A DNA stretch of 59,378 bases, the filler included. It is 5 parts of 5 records of this genome, joined end to end, with 100 filler letters (N's around TTAATTAATTAA, not from the genome) between each part and the next. Parts side by side here need not be neighbours in the genome. Positions count along the whole stretch, not along the records: positions 23,173 to 44,348 come from SRR20825019_1339; positions 44,449 to 59,378 come from SRR20825019_1340; 3 more parts are not named here. One strand, given 5' to 3'. Positions 43,478 through 53,527 of the stretch are shown here, piece by piece. The translations under genes were made by a program, and so were the position numbers. How positions within the stretch are numbered: position 1 is the first letter of the stretch; each line of letters opens with the position of its first letter. The notes beneath the pieces were generated by a model. It did no database searches. It had not been told where the DNA came from and saw only the letters and a program-made list of their open reading frames with translations.

Positions 43478-43954
43478 ATGAAATCTAAAGTCCCTTACTG
43501 CTTAATGGCAGTGATTGCTATATTCTTGCATTCATGTTCACAGGAAGAATTGTATTCTACATCAGAGAATAATATTAAACTGAGATTTGAAAACACAAAA
43601 GAAACCGATAAAAATTCTGATGGAGTAAAAACATATAAAACTAAAATCCTATCTACTTCTCCACTTAAAATTGAATCGGAAGAATTAGAGGTAATCAAAG
43701 TAAAGCATTCAGAAACAAATAAAATGTCTTATGCCATCGTTGAAAAAGTGACTTTTAAAAACAAGTCAAAAAAATATTCTAAAGTCGAAAAAGACTGTGA
43801 AAGCAACATTCAAAAAGGATATTGGTACGATGGCAGTGATTGCTTTGTGTATGGAACGATTATTACCGATGACAATTGCGTAAAACTATTTATTCCTGCA
43901 GACACTGCTACCCAGATAGTGATGAATGAATGTGGCTGGAGTGATATGGCTTAA
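43478..43954 (+). CDS. Hypothetical lipoprotein
   Basis: Lipobox FLHSC from ATG 43478; Cys-containing C-terminus; more AT-rich than its neighbours. Confidence 0.65.
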   Translation: MKSKVPYCLMAVIAIFLHSCSQEELYSTSENNIKLRFENTKETDKNSDGVKTYKTKILSTSPLKIESEELEVIKVKHSETNKMSYAIVEKVTFKNKSKKYSKVEKDCESNIQKGYWYDGSDCFVYGTIITDDNCVKLFIPADTATQIVMNECGWSDMA

Positions 43955-43959
43955 AACAC

Positions 43960-44280
43960 ATGTATATGAAAAAACGTATTTTTTTCACAGCTATAATTAT
44001 AATAGTTGCCACAAACATATCCTGCGGTCCTTTTAACAAGGTTGACACTACGGGAACGGAATTGCCGGCGCAAGAGTCGGAAAAACAGCATTTGGTGCTG
44101 CGGAGCTTGCTCAACAAAGATGACCCCAAGGATTATCAGGAACTATGGATCAATGGCAAACCATATCCCATGGGCCGTTTGGAGACCATTTTGGATACCA
44201 TAAATCCCGATTACACCATAGAAATTAAAAATGATAGCATAGCCAAAAAGCAACTGTTGATCCTCAAAACCCGACCCTAA
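43960..44280 (+). CDS. Hypothetical lipoprotein
   Basis: MKKRIFF..NISC lipobox-like leader, 5 nt after the previous gene. Confidence 0.6.
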   Translation: MYMKKRIFFTAIIIIVATNISCGPFNKVDTTGTELPAQESEKQHLVLRSLLNKDDPKDYQELWINGKPYPMGRLETILDTINPDYTIEIKNDSIAKKQLLILKTRP

Positions 44281-44318
44281 GCTTACATCCCTCAACCTCC
44301 CTTTCACCTTTTACCTAT

Positions 44319-44348
44319 TAACCCGTAACCCGTAACCCGTAACCCGTA
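44319..44348. repeat. Heptamer tandem repeat (TAACCCG)4+ running into the contig end
   Basis: Four exact copies plus TA before the N linker. Confidence 0.85.
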
Positions 44349-44448
44349 NNNNNNNNNNNNNNNNNNNNNNNNNNNNNNNNNNNNNNNNNNNNTTAATTAA
44401 TTAANNNNNNNNNNNNNNNNNNNNNNNNNNNNNNNNNNNNNNNNNNNN
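44349..44448. other. Artificial contig linker
   Basis: N44-TTAATTAATTAA-N44. Confidence 0.98.
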
Positions 44449-44482
44449 AAAAAAGCCCCCGCAAAAGACGGGGGCTTTTTTG
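44449..44482. terminator. Bidirectional terminator
   Basis: AAAAAAGCCCCCG-CAAAAGA-CGGGGGCTTTTTT. Confidence 0.8.
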
Positions 44483-44503
44483 CGTTCGGCCCGAATGCAT
44501 TCC

Positions 44504-45361
44504 CTATCCCAGAAACACATGCTCGCGATGAAACTGCAGGTGCTCGGCCCGTGGCCAGGCCTGCACCGCATTGGGGAACCGGGCCGCCTGCTGGCCATGC
44601 AACTGACGGCGCAGCGGGGGCGGGGCCAGGCTGCTCAGGATGATGCCGCCAGCATCGGCCAGCGTGAACCCGCCGCGATCATAGAACCAGTGATGCGTGC
44701 GGCACATGGGCATGGCATTGGTGAGTTCGTCCGGCCCGCCATGCTCGAGTGCCCGCAAATGGCAAACCTCCACCTCATGGGCCCCGATCTCGTGGATTGA
44801 ATTGTCATCGCCACAGACGGCGCAGGCCGTGCCATAGGCCTGCAGAACCGACCAGCGCAACCGTACATTGCGCAAGATGGCGTCTTTCGCGCGACGTGTC
44901 AGCGAAAGTGCCGCCCCCTCAATGTGACGGTATGTTGGGGTGTGAGGCGTCTCAAATCCTTTCATCACCTTGCCTTGGCTTGCGAGCATCCTTGCAGCAA
45001 GCTGGTCCTCTGGAAGAAGAGCGCGGATGTTGGGGGAGAAATAGCTGAAATCCAGGCTGCCATCCTGCCGGTAGGCCTGGCTTTCAATCGGGCTCGTTAG
45101 CGCCTCAAGCGTCACATGGTGGTCAAAGCGAACAACATCGTCCAGCTTGAGGAACATGAAACGCCGCTGCGTCATGTCGGGAGTTACATCGGTCAGGATC
45201 GCCGTGGCAAAATAGCCGTGCTGGGGTTCGTCTCGTGGCGCATAAAGCAGCACGCGTTCGCCAATGCTGGCCAGGGCCAGTTCCTTGTTCCGATTGTCCA
45301 TCCGGACACAGTTGAGTGATTTCTGACGAGTGGGACGGACATTGAGTACGGCCACGGGCAT
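44504..45361 (-). CDS. HNH endonuclease with an N-terminal PUA/EVE-like domain (putative restriction nuclease)
   Basis: AYGTACAVCG..EVCHLR..GGPD..NAMPMCRTHHWFYDRG, and N-terminal VLLYAP..GYFATA. Start uncertain (45361 or 45301). Confidence 0.8.
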   Translation of the reverse strand: MPVAVLNVRPTRQKSLNCVRMDNRNKELALASIGERVLLYAPRDEPQHGYFATAILTDVTPDMTQRRFMFLKLDDVVRFDHHVTLEALTSPIESQAYRQDGSLDFSYFSPNIRALLPEDQLAARMLASQGKVMKGFETPHTPTYRHIEGAALSLTRRAKDAILRNVRLRWSVLQAYGTACAVCGDDNSIHEIGAHEVEVCHLRALEHGGPDELTNAMPMCRTHHWFYDRGGFTLADAGGIILSSLAPPPLRRQLHGQQAARFPNAVQAWPRAEHLQFHREHVFLG

Positions 45362-45585
45362 ACAGTGTTCTCCTTGGACGGAGAGTTACGTAGAAGCACT
45401 AATGGAAACAGCGGCTTAACCGCGATGCATCCAGTGCTCCGGTCGCCCCAGGTCCCGCCGGGTGGTGAAAAACTTGTTGATGCCCCCACGGCTGATCGGC
45501 GCGAATTTGGCCCCGGTTCGTGCGATTCCGCGTGCCGACGGAGGGCCGATTATCCACTATGCCAGGCCCAAATTTCCGCTCGGGC

Positions 45586-45614
45586 TTGCAAGAACTAACT
45601 AGTTCGTTCATTTA
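45586..45614 (+). promoter_or_regulatory. Palindromic operator within the probable dctQ promoter
   Basis: GAACTAACTAGTTCGTTC (45592-45609, 16/18 self-complementary) directly after a TTGCAA -35-like hexamer. Confidence 0.5.
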
Positions 45615-45796
45615 GGTGTCGGAGATGCCCTTGAACGCGGACATCTCCTCGAGTTGGCGTGAAGATGAACGCGAGGTCATTATCGGGCCCTGACACGGGT
45701 GAAGGCGCCGTCAATGAAAATGGCGACGCTGGTGTGGACGGACAAACGCAAGTCGCGACAGCGTGGACAGAACCGCGCAACGACACGGAGGAAGAC

Positions 45797-46291
45797 ATGG
45801 ATGGACTGGCGCGGGTTGGACGCTGGCTGAGTGCCAGAGCCGAGAACATTCTTGCCCTGATGCTGGCGACGATGTTCGCAGCCTTCATCATCCAGATCGG
45901 ATTCCGCTATCTGTTGCGCCTGCCCACGGGCTGGGCGCATGAACTCAGCGCCATTCTCTGGGTCTGGATCGTGTTGTTTGGTGCTGCTTTCGTCCTGCGG
46001 TCTCGTGATGATGTGCGGCTCGATGTCATCTATTCATCGGTCTCCGCCAAGGCGCGGCGCGTGATGACCTTGCTCACCTCCATCGCCATCGTGGTCCTGC
46101 TGGGCGCCGCCCTGCCGGCAATTGTCGACTATGTGCTGTTCATGAAGGTGGAAAAGACCGCCTATCTCAAGATCCGCTACGACTATGTCTACTCCATCTT
46201 CATCGTCTTCGCCGTGGTGACCTTGCTGCGCTATGTCTGGCGCGCCGGTGTGGCCGTGTGGGGCCGGGACGATGCGGAAGAGGCCCGCTAA
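45797..46291 (+). CDS. TRAP transporter small permease (DctQ)
   Basis: Four TMs, QIGFRY..GWAHELS..FGAA..DDVRLD; GGAGGA RBS before ATG 45797. Confidence 0.88.
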   Translation: MDGLARVGRWLSARAENILALMLATMFAAFIIQIGFRYLLRLPTGWAHELSAILWVWIVLFGAAFVLRSRDDVRLDVIYSSVSAKARRVMTLLTSIAIVVLLGAALPAIVDYVLFMKVEKTAYLKIRYDYVYSIFIVFAVVTLLRYVWRAGVAVWGRDDAEEAR

Positions 46292-47596
46292 ATGGCACTG
46301 CTCACCGATCCTTTCTTTCTTTGCATCGTCCTCATTCTGGTGCTGGCGGTGCTCGGCCTGCCCATTGGCCTTTCGATGATTGGCGGGTCGATCCTCTATC
46401 TGTTCATGCAGGGCCTCGACATGGGGATCGTGGCCGAGCAGTTCCTCAACCGGATGTATTCAAACTACATCATTCTGGCCGTGCCCTTGTTCATCCTTGC
46501 GGCCGAATTCATGAATATCGGCTCGCTTTCCGACCGTCTACTGGTCTGGTGCAACGCGGTTGTCGGCCGGTTTCGCGGCGGCCTGGCCTTCGTCAATGTG
46601 CTGCAATCCATGGTCTTTGCCGGCATGTCCGGCTCGGCCATTGCCGACGCTGCTGGCACCGGCAAGATGATCCACTCGCTGATGACGCGCGACGGAAAAT
46701 ATCCCAATTCCTTCGCCGCCGCGCTCACGGCCTCCTCGGCGGTCATCGGCCCCATCATCCCGCCATCCATCCCCATGGTGCTCTACGCCCTGGTCTCGGA
46801 TGCCTCTATTGGCTATCTGTTCCTGGGCGGCATCATCCCTGGCGCCCTCATGGGCTGTGCATTGGCCCTGATCATTTACTACAAGGCCAGGAAGCATAAT
46901 TTCCCGGTCGAGCCTCCGGTGCCGCTGCGCCAGCTTCCCAAGATTACCTGGCAGTCCCTGCCGGCCCTGATGATGCCGGTCGTGCTGCTGTTCTGTATCT
47001 ATAGCGGTATCACCACCCCGACCGAGGCCGCCGCAGTTGCCGCCGCCTATGCCTTGGTTATTTCCATCGTGCTCTACCGGTCCATCAGCTGGAAAGGCTT
47101 CTATTCGTCGCTGGTCCTGAGCTCGAAGACCACGGTGTCCATCGGCATGCTGATCGCCGGCGCCCTGGTGCTGAACTACGTCGTGACGGTCGAGAATGTT
47201 CCGGCCAGCCTGAGCGCCGTCTTGACCGCTTGGAACCTCGATGCGGTGATGTTCCTGCTCTTTGTCAACATCGTGCTGTTGCTGCTGGGCTGTGTGCTCG
47301 AGGGGACGGCGATCATCCTCATCATCGTGCCGGTGCTGGTGCCCTCCGCCGCTGCCCTGGGGATCGACCTGGTGCATTTTGGCGTCGTGGTGGTGGTCAA
47401 TGTGATGATCGGTCTGATTACGCCGCCCTATGGCATGCTGCTCTTCGTCATGCAGACCATTTCCGGCGCGCGCCTGCGCAATATCGTCAGCGACACCCTC
47501 CCATTCCTGGGCGTCCTGCTGGCAGCGCTCACCCTGTTTACCTATGTTCCGGACATCGTTCTGTGGCTCCCGCGCCTGTTCGGCTACCAGAATTAG
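46292..47596 (+). CDS. TRAP transporter large permease (DctM)
   Basis: LAVPLFILA, GMSGSAIAD, IIPPSIP, TPTEAA, GLITPPYG. Confidence 0.94.
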   Translation: MALLTDPFFLCIVLILVLAVLGLPIGLSMIGGSILYLFMQGLDMGIVAEQFLNRMYSNYIILAVPLFILAAEFMNIGSLSDRLLVWCNAVVGRFRGGLAFVNVLQSMVFAGMSGSAIADAAGTGKMIHSLMTRDGKYPNSFAAALTASSAVIGPIIPPSIPMVLYALVSDASIGYLFLGGIIPGALMGCALALIIYYKARKHNFPVEPPVPLRQLPKITWQSLPALMMPVVLLFCIYSGITTPTEAAAVAAAYALVISIVLYRSISWKGFYSSLVLSSKTTVSIGMLIAGALVLNYVVTVENVPASLSAVLTAWNLDAVMFLLFVNIVLLLLGCVLEGTAIILIIVPVLVPSAAALGIDLVHFGVVVVVNVMIGLITPPYGMLLFVMQTISGARLRNIVSDTLPFLGVLLAALTLFTYVPDIVLWLPRLFGYQN

Positions 47597-47627
47597 TGCA
47601 CAGGACAAGACTGATGAAGGCAAGACC

Positions 47628-48068
47628 ATGACCAAGCCGATCCATGTCCTCAATGGTCCCAATCTCAACCGGCTCGGTCTGCGCGAGCCGCAGATCTATG
47701 GCACGACGACCCTGGCCGAAGTGGAACAGATGTGCCGGGAGGCGGCCGGGCCGCGGGACATCGTGTTCCGGCAGACCAATAGCGAAGAGAAGCTGATCGA
47801 CTGGGTGCATGAGGCCATCGACCAGGCTGCCGGTATCATCATCAATCCGGCCGCTTTCACCTTCACCTCGCTCGCGCTGCTCGATGCGCTCAAAATGTTT
47901 CCCGGCCCGATCTTCGAGCTGCACATCTCCAATATCCACCGCCGCGAAGCGGTCTATCACAACTCCTACGTCTCCAAGATCGCCACGGCCGTCTTCGCCG
48001 GGCTTGGAGCAGTGGGCTATGGCATTGCCGTCAAGGCGATGTGTGACCGGCGCGACCTGCTCGACTAG
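47628..48068 (+). CDS. aroQ: Type II 3-dehydroquinate dehydratase
   Basis: VLNGPNLNRLGLREPQIYG, IIINPAA, ELHISNIHRRE. Confidence 0.93.
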   Translation: MTKPIHVLNGPNLNRLGLREPQIYGTTTLAEVEQMCREAAGPRDIVFRQTNSEEKLIDWVHEAIDQAAGIIINPAAFTFTSLALLDALKMFPGPIFELHISNIHRREAVYHNSYVSKIATAVFAGLGAVGYGIAVKAMCDRRDLLD

Positions 48069-48144
48069 GCGGTCCCAGGCGCAACGGCCAAGGCACAGTC
48101 GGAATGCTGTTGGTGGTTGGCAAGATCGATGGGCTTTGTCCAGA

Positions 48145-49011
48145 TCAGCTGCGGTCTGCACCATCCTGGCTCTGACGGCCGAAAAATGCCGATGCCGGGT
48201 CGGCCAGCACCAGGTCCCGGATCCGCGACCATAGATGCTCGCGCAATTGACTGTACTCTGCAGCCCTTCGGGCATTGGTACTGCGGCGCGGCCGCGGCAG
48301 GTCGATGGGCAGGTCTTCGAGCACAGTGCCTCCGCCCATAACGACTACCCGGTCGGCCAGCAGCAGGGCCTCATCCACGCTATGGGTCACAAACAGCACG
48401 GTGGGGCGTTGCCGCTCCCACAGCGCCAGCAGGTCATCCTGCATCAATTCGCGTGTCTGGGCGTCCAGGCTCGCAAAGGGTTCGTCCATCAGCAGAACGC
48501 TCGGCCGGCCGATCAGGGCGCGCGCCAGCGCCACGCGCTGTCGCATCCCGCCCGACAATTGGGCCGGATAGTGATTGGCCCATTGCGCCAGACCGACCTG
48601 CTCAAGCTGCGCCTGCACCCGTTGTTCCAGTGTCGGCCTGCCCAACCCCAGCCCGTCCAGGGCAAAGCCGACATTGCCGGCCACACTGCGCCAGGGAATG
48701 AGGCGGAAGTTCTGGAACACCATGCCGATGGCTGGTCCCGGCCGCGGCGGCGTATTGCCGATCTCGATCCGGCCTGCGTCGGGTTCCAGCAACCCGTCCG
48801 CCAGACGCAGCAAGGTGCTCTTGCCACACCCCGAAGGGCCGATCAGGGCGACGAATTGGCCTTCGGCAATCTCGAGATCGACCTGGCGCACCGCGCTGGT
48901 CCGCGCGCCATTGCCCGCGGCAAAATCCTTGCTGACCCCGGCAAAGCGTATGGCCCGCCCGCGCGACGGGGACGTATGGACCTGATCGGGCACGGGCGGA
49001 ACCTGGTTCAT
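48145..49011 (-). CDS. ABC transporter ATP-binding protein (NitT/TauT type)
   Basis: [30 protein letters not shown]. Confidence 0.93.
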   Translation of the reverse strand: MNQVPPVPDQVHTSPSRGRAIRFAGVSKDFAAGNGARTSAVRQVDLEIAEGQFVALIGPSGCGKSTLLRLADGLLEPDAGRIEIGNTPPRPGPAIGMVFQNFRLIPWRSVAGNVGFALDGLGLGRPTLEQRVQAQLEQVGLAQWANHYPAQLSGGMRQRVALARALIGRPSVLLMDEPFASLDAQTRELMQDDLLALWERQRPTVLFVTHSVDEALLLADRVVVMGGGTVLEDLPIDLPRPRRSTNARRAAEYSQLREHLWSRIRDLVLADPASAFFGRQSQDGADRS

Positions 49012-50036
49012 CGGTCGGCGGGGTCCATGCCATCGGCGGTGCCGAGCGTGTCCAGCGCCGCATCTGCTGGAGCAAAGCTCACCCAGTCTTCCAGCGCCAG
49101 CGGTGTGGCTTCGGAAAAATCCTCGGTGCCATAGAGCCAGTCTGCCGTATAGGCCAGCTCATCGGCGCTCATCCCGCCATTGACGCTCCAGCTTGTGGCA
49201 AAACTTGCAACCAGCGCATCGAGCACCGCCGTGTCGGCATCAGGCAGTGCCTCGGCCATACCGTCCACCCAGAGCTGCGGTTCGGCGGCAACATCGCGGC
49301 TGATGCGGATCAGGGCCCGGATAACCGCCGCCACATCGTCGGGGCGTTCGGCCAGCACATTGCCGGGTACGGCATTGACCTTGTTGACCAGTGGCGCTGC
49401 GGCAAAATAGGCATCCTGATCGACCAGCACGTGCAGGCCCGTGGTGTCCGGCAGGCTCAGCCAGGTGCCGATCGACATGGTGGTGGCGTCGATCTGGCCC
49501 GCCGCCAGCGCCTGGGCGCGCACATTGGGCTGGCCCAGGATCACGATCTGGGACTGTTCGATATCGGCGCCCATGCTGTCCAGCACCAGCGTTGACAGCG
49601 AATGGTCAAGACTTCCAATCCGGCCGACGCCGAAGCTGGCACCGGCGAGGTCTTCCACGGAGGTGATTTCGTCCTTGGCGGCAATCAGAAACGGCAGCGC
49701 CTTGTTGGGTGATGTCACCGCGCGCAGGTCGTTCGCCCCGGCGGCAATGGCCTGCAGCAAGGCATCCACCCCGATATTGGCCATCTCGCCCTCGCCCGCC
49801 TGGAGCGCCGCCAGTGCCGAGGGGGTCTGCTGCACGCGCACCAGTTCGACATCGACCCCTTCCTGGTCGAAATAGCCAAGCGTTTCAGCCAGGTCCATCA
49901 CCGAATTGGGCACCAATGGTGGCTCGAGATGGGTGACGATCAGGCGAAATGGCGCGTCGGACTGGGCCATGGCGCTGAGCGAAAACGCGCCCAGAATGAC
50001 CAATGGGGCAAGAAGGCGGGTGAGCGTGATTGGCAT
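49008..50036 (-). CDS. ABC transporter substrate-binding protein (NMT1/THI5/SsuA-like)
   Basis: Signal peptide, LGYFDQEGVDVELV, ALAAGQIDA; lies between the permease and the ATPase. Confidence 0.85.
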   Translation of the reverse strand: MPITLTRLLAPLVILGAFSLSAMAQSDAPFRLIVTHLEPPLVPNSVMDLAETLGYFDQEGVDVELVRVQQTPSALAALQAGEGEMANIGVDALLQAIAAGANDLRAVTSPNKALPFLIAAKDEITSVEDLAGASFGVGRIGSLDHSLSTLVLDSMGADIEQSQIVILGQPNVRAQALAAGQIDATTMSIGTWLSLPDTTGLHVLVDQDAYFAAAPLVNKVNAVPGNVLAERPDDVAAVIRALIRISRDVAAEPQLWVDGMAEALPDADTAVLDALVASFATSWSVNGGMSADELAYTADWLYGTEDFSEATPLALEDWVSFAPADAALDTLGTADGMDPADR

Positions 50037-50063
50037 TGGATGACGTCTCGTTCTCTCTGGTAT

Positions 50064-50837
50064 TCAGTTCGACCAGCGTGTCAGGCGAAGTTCGAGCAGG
50101 CGCAACAATTCGGTCACGACGACCCCGATCGCGGCCAGGGTCAGCACGATCACGAAATATTCGGCCATGCGGAAGGTATTGCCATACAGGGCCAAGAGCC
50201 CACCCAGGCCGGTCACGGCGGTGTAGAGTTCGGCGACAACGGTGTTGATCAGGCCAATCGTGGCCCCGATGCGCAGGCCCGCCAGCACATAGGGCACGGC
50301 GCCGGGCAGCACGATGGCCCTGAAAATGCGGCCGCGCGAGGCGCCCACGCTGCGCGCCATTTCGACCAGGTCGGGGTCGGCCTGGCGCACCCCGGCATAG
50401 GTGTTGATGATGATCGGCATCACCGCGCCGAGAAACACCACGAACAGCTTGGCCTCGATGCCAAGACCCAGCGTGAGGATGATGAGCGGGATAAAGGCAA
50501 CGCGCGGCGTCGCCGCCAGCGCATAGACATAGATCTCGATGGTGCGGCCCAACAGCCCGAACGCGCCCATGACAATGCCGAGCGGCAGGGCAAATGCGAC
50601 GGCCAGCCCGAACCCGCCGAGATAGGTCACAAGGCTCGCCCCGAGCGCCCCCGGCAACCGGCCATCGACCCAGAGGCGCCCGGCGGCCTCAAGCGTTTCC
50701 AGCGGCGAGGGAATGATATTGCGGCTGACATTGTCGGCGGCCAGCGCCCAGAACAACAGCAACAGGGCCAGAACACCCAGCCGCATGGCCGCGATCAACC
50801 AGGGCAAGACCGAAGCATTTTCCGAACGTCTAGCCAA
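50064..50837 (-). CDS. ABC transporter permease (NitT/TauT type)
   Basis: PRVAFIPL and the EAA-like motif LVEMARSVGAS..VLPGAVP..VVAE. Confidence 0.9.
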   Translation of the reverse strand: MARRSENASVLPWLIAAMRLGVLALLLLFWALAADNVSRNIIPSPLETLEAAGRLWVDGRLPGALGASLVTYLGGFGLAVAFALPLGIVMGAFGLLGRTIEIYVYALAATPRVAFIPLIILTLGLGIEAKLFVVFLGAVMPIIINTYAGVRQADPDLVEMARSVGASRGRIFRAIVLPGAVPYVLAGLRIGATIGLINTVVAELYTAVTGLGGLLALYGNTFRMAEYFVIVLTLAAIGVVVTELLRLLELRLTRWSN

Positions 50838-50994
50838 TGCCGGGTCTCCGTGGATCGGGCTGCGGTTCTGGTCGGGTCAATACGGCCCACCCGGCGATAG
50901 TCGGGCAACGGCCTGCCCGTCAACCGGAATGACGCATTGCGCTGTGCTCACGGCCTACCATGACCGGCCGCTGAGGCCCACGCCCGACTTGCGC

Positions 50995-51024
50995 AAAAAA
51001 AAGCCGCACCCTTTCGGGCGCGGC
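50995..51024 (-). terminator. Terminator of the sugar catabolic operon
   Basis: GC stem (GCCGCACCC-TTTC-GGGCGCGGC on +) preceded by A8, i.e. a U-tract on the minus strand. Confidence 0.8.
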
Positions 51025-51056
51025 CAATCGACATGCGGGTCAGTTGCCAGCCAAAT

Positions 51057-52037
51057 TCACATTGCGCCGAACAGGGCCTTCTGGGCGATTTTGAGGGCGC
51101 CAATGGCGTCATGCCGGCTCTGGGCTTCCTGCAAGGCCTCGATATCGAGGGCATCGAGCCCCTTGGCGGCAGCCTTGAGAAAGTCGATGGCGTGGTTGGC
51201 CGTGGCCACGCTGTCTTCGCGGAAGGGGAACTGGTCGAGCTGCCAAACGCCATTCCAGTTGTTCTTCTTGAGCACGTAGAAGAATTCGAACAACTCGATG
51301 GGGTGCAGGCTGCCGGCGACCAGATCGTCATCCCAGGAGCGGTAATTGTCATTGACGTCCATGCCGAAAAGCCGGCCATGGTCGATGGCAAGCTGGGCGC
51401 TATCGGCGGCGGACTCGCCACCCATGATGGCGTGGCCGAAATCGAGCAGAATGCCGATATTGGGCAGCCCGATTTTCTCGATGCCCAGAATGGTGCGGGC
51501 GACCGACCCGAAACTCATGCGCACACGCGGCTCGCGCGGCTTGTATTCAATGACGAATTTGAGGTCGGGATTTTCGCTTGCGAGCTGGCCGACGCCGTCG
51601 AGCGAGCGTTGCCACTGCGTCGAATAATCCACCTGGAAGGGATAGTCCCAGCCATCCTGGCCGGGCCAGAGCTTAACATACTCGGCCTTGTGGTAGCGCA
51701 CCACATCGCAGGCGGCGCTCACCAGTTCATGGGCTTTACGGCGAATGCCGGCATCGGGATTGGTGAAGGCGCCCTTGACGAAGTCGCGGGTGTAGATTTC
51801 GGGCGTGATGCCGATCACGCCGAGCGTGTTGCGATCGAGCGCAGTCTTGATCTCGGCGTCTGAGAATTCACCGCCGAAATAGGGCCAGTTGAGGTCAACG
51901 ACGGAAAGGTCCTTGACCTGTCCAGCCAGATCGATCGCCTCGATGATATTGCGCGGTGCGCCATAGCCATCTGTGGCGTAGCGGTCGAGATAGGTCGCAA
52001 AGTGCCAGATGCCAGCGCCGAAGCGTGGTGTGGTCAT
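51057..52037 (-). CDS. Xylose-isomerase-like TIM barrel, probable D-apiose isomerase
   Basis: LWPGQDG, IEYKPREPR, LLDFGHA, DVNDNY..WDDD, QLDQFP; context of FGGY kinase and split transketolase. Confidence 0.75.
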   Translation of the reverse strand: MTTPRFGAGIWHFATYLDRYATDGYGAPRNIIEAIDLAGQVKDLSVVDLNWPYFGGEFSDAEIKTALDRNTLGVIGITPEIYTRDFVKGAFTNPDAGIRRKAHELVSAACDVVRYHKAEYVKLWPGQDGWDYPFQVDYSTQWQRSLDGVGQLASENPDLKFVIEYKPREPRVRMSFGSVARTILGIEKIGLPNIGILLDFGHAIMGGESAADSAQLAIDHGRLFGMDVNDNYRSWDDDLVAGSLHPIELFEFFYVLKKNNWNGVWQLDQFPFREDSVATANHAIDFLKAAAKGLDALDIEALQEAQSRHDAIGALKIAQKALFGAM

Positions 52038-52048
52038 GGATTTCCTCC

Positions 52049-53527
52049 TCAGATCTGTTCATCTTGTATGGCCAGGGTCTGGACCATGGCCTTCCGCCAG
52101 CGCTGGCGATGGGCAGTGCGGGCCTGCTCATCCATTTCCGGCACAAACCGGCTTGCCGCCGCAACGCCTGGCATCTCAATGCCGAAGGACGAGAAAGCCA
52201 GCGCCGCAGCGCCAAGCGCGCTGACTTCGGGCGCGGCAGCAGCGGCAAGGGGGCGGTCGAGAATGTCGGACTGGAATTGCATAAGCACGGCGTTGCGCGA
52301 CGCGCCGCCATCAGCCCGCAATTCCCCCAGGGGCGACCCCATATCGGCCTCCATCGCCGCATACACATCTGCCACCTGAAACGCGATGGCTTCGAGAGCC
52401 GCCCGCGCAATGTGTGCAGGTTTGGTCCCCAGGCTCAGTCCGGAAATGGTGCCACGCGCATCGGCCCGCCAATAGGGTGCGCCAAGACCAACCAGCGCCG
52501 GCACGAAAGCCACGCCATTGCTGTCCGGCACCGTTTCGGCAAGTGCCGAAAGAGCAGCGGCATCTGGCAACCCAAGCATTTCCGCGGCAAAGGCAGCCGC
52601 TTGTCCGGACACCGAAATATTGCCCTCCAGCGCATACTGCACATGCCCGTTCCGGCTCCAGGCGATGGTGCTGGACATGCCATGGGTCGAACGCAGGCGG
52701 TTCGGCGTCAGCGCCATCAGCGATGTGCCGGTGCCGTAGGTGGCTTTGACCGTGCCCGGCGCGCGAACGCCATGACCGAACAGGGCTGCGTGAGAATCCC
52801 CGATCATGGCGCGAATCGGCGTACCATCGGGCAGGGCGCAGACCCCGGCGGCGACACGGCCAAACGCGGAATCGGAAGACCGCACTTGGGGCAGCATGGA
52901 AGGCGGCACATCAAAGAGCGCACAAAGCTCGCCATCCCAGGCCAAAGTGTCGGTATTGAAGAGCTGGGTGCGCGAGGCATTGGAATGGTCCGTGGCATGC
53001 ACCGCGCCACCCGTCAGGTTCCAGAGCAACCACGAGTCGACCGTCCCCGCCCGCAACTCACCGCGTTGTGCCCTTGCGCGTGCGTCTGGAACGCTGTCGA
53101 GCAACCACGCAATCTTTGCCGCCGGGAACAGCGGATCGAGCGCCAGCCCGGTTTTTCCTTCGATCATCTGCCCGTGACCGGCCCGGCGCAGGTCGTCGCA
53201 TTTGGGTGCGGAACGGCGGCATTGCCAGATGATGACGGGGCCGATGGGTTCGCCGGTTACTGCATCCCAGACCAACACGGACTCGCGCTGGTTGGAAATG
53301 CCGATGCCGGCAATGGCCGCGCCATCCGCCTTGGCCACCACCTCGGCGATGACCTGTTTGACCCCATCGATCAACGCCGTTCCCGATTGCTCGGCCCAGC
53401 CGGGCTGAGGATAGGTCACGATATTGGGGACGCTCGCCTGATGCCGCACATGCCCGGTCGCATCGACCAGCAACGCTTTGGTGTTGGTGGTGCCCTGGTC
53501 GATGGCGAGGAGCAGGGCGTCCGTCAT
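52049..53527 (-). CDS. FGGY carbohydrate kinase (glycerol-kinase-like), probable apulose kinase
   Basis: AIDQGTTNTK, SNQRE, WQCRR, TDHSNASRT, KATYGTG, ADGGASRN. Confidence 0.82.
   Translation of the reverse strand: MTDALLLAIDQGTTNTKALLVDATGHVRHQASVPNIVTYPQPGWAEQSGTALIDGVKQVIAEVVAKADGAAIAGIGISNQRESVLVWDAVTGEPIGPVIIWQCRRSAPKCDDLRRAGHGQMIEGKTGLALDPLFPAAKIAWLLDSVPDARARAQRGELRAGTVDSWLLWNLTGGAVHATDHSNASRTQLFNTDTLAWDGELCALFDVPPSMLPQVRSSDSAFGRVAAGVCALPDGTPIRAMIGDSHAALFGHGVRAPGTVKATYGTGTSLMALTPNRLRSTHGMSSTIAWSRNGHVQYALEGNISVSGQAAAFAAEMLGLPDAAALSALAETVPDSNGVAFVPALVGLGAPYWRADARGTISGLSLGTKPAHIARAALEAIAFQVADVYAAMEADMGSPLGELRADGGASRNAVLMQFQSDILDRPLAAAAAPEVSALGAAALAFSSFGIEMPGVAAASRFVPEMDEQARTAHRQRWRKAMVQTLAIQDEQI

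Noticed and set aside
44319-44348. Telomere-like repeat (TAACCCG)n
   Set aside because: The contig is clearly bacterial, so this is a simple sequence repeat.
52049-53527. Calling the kinase glpK and the isomerase xylA
   Set aside because: Family-level similarity only; the operon context favours another sugar, probably apiose.
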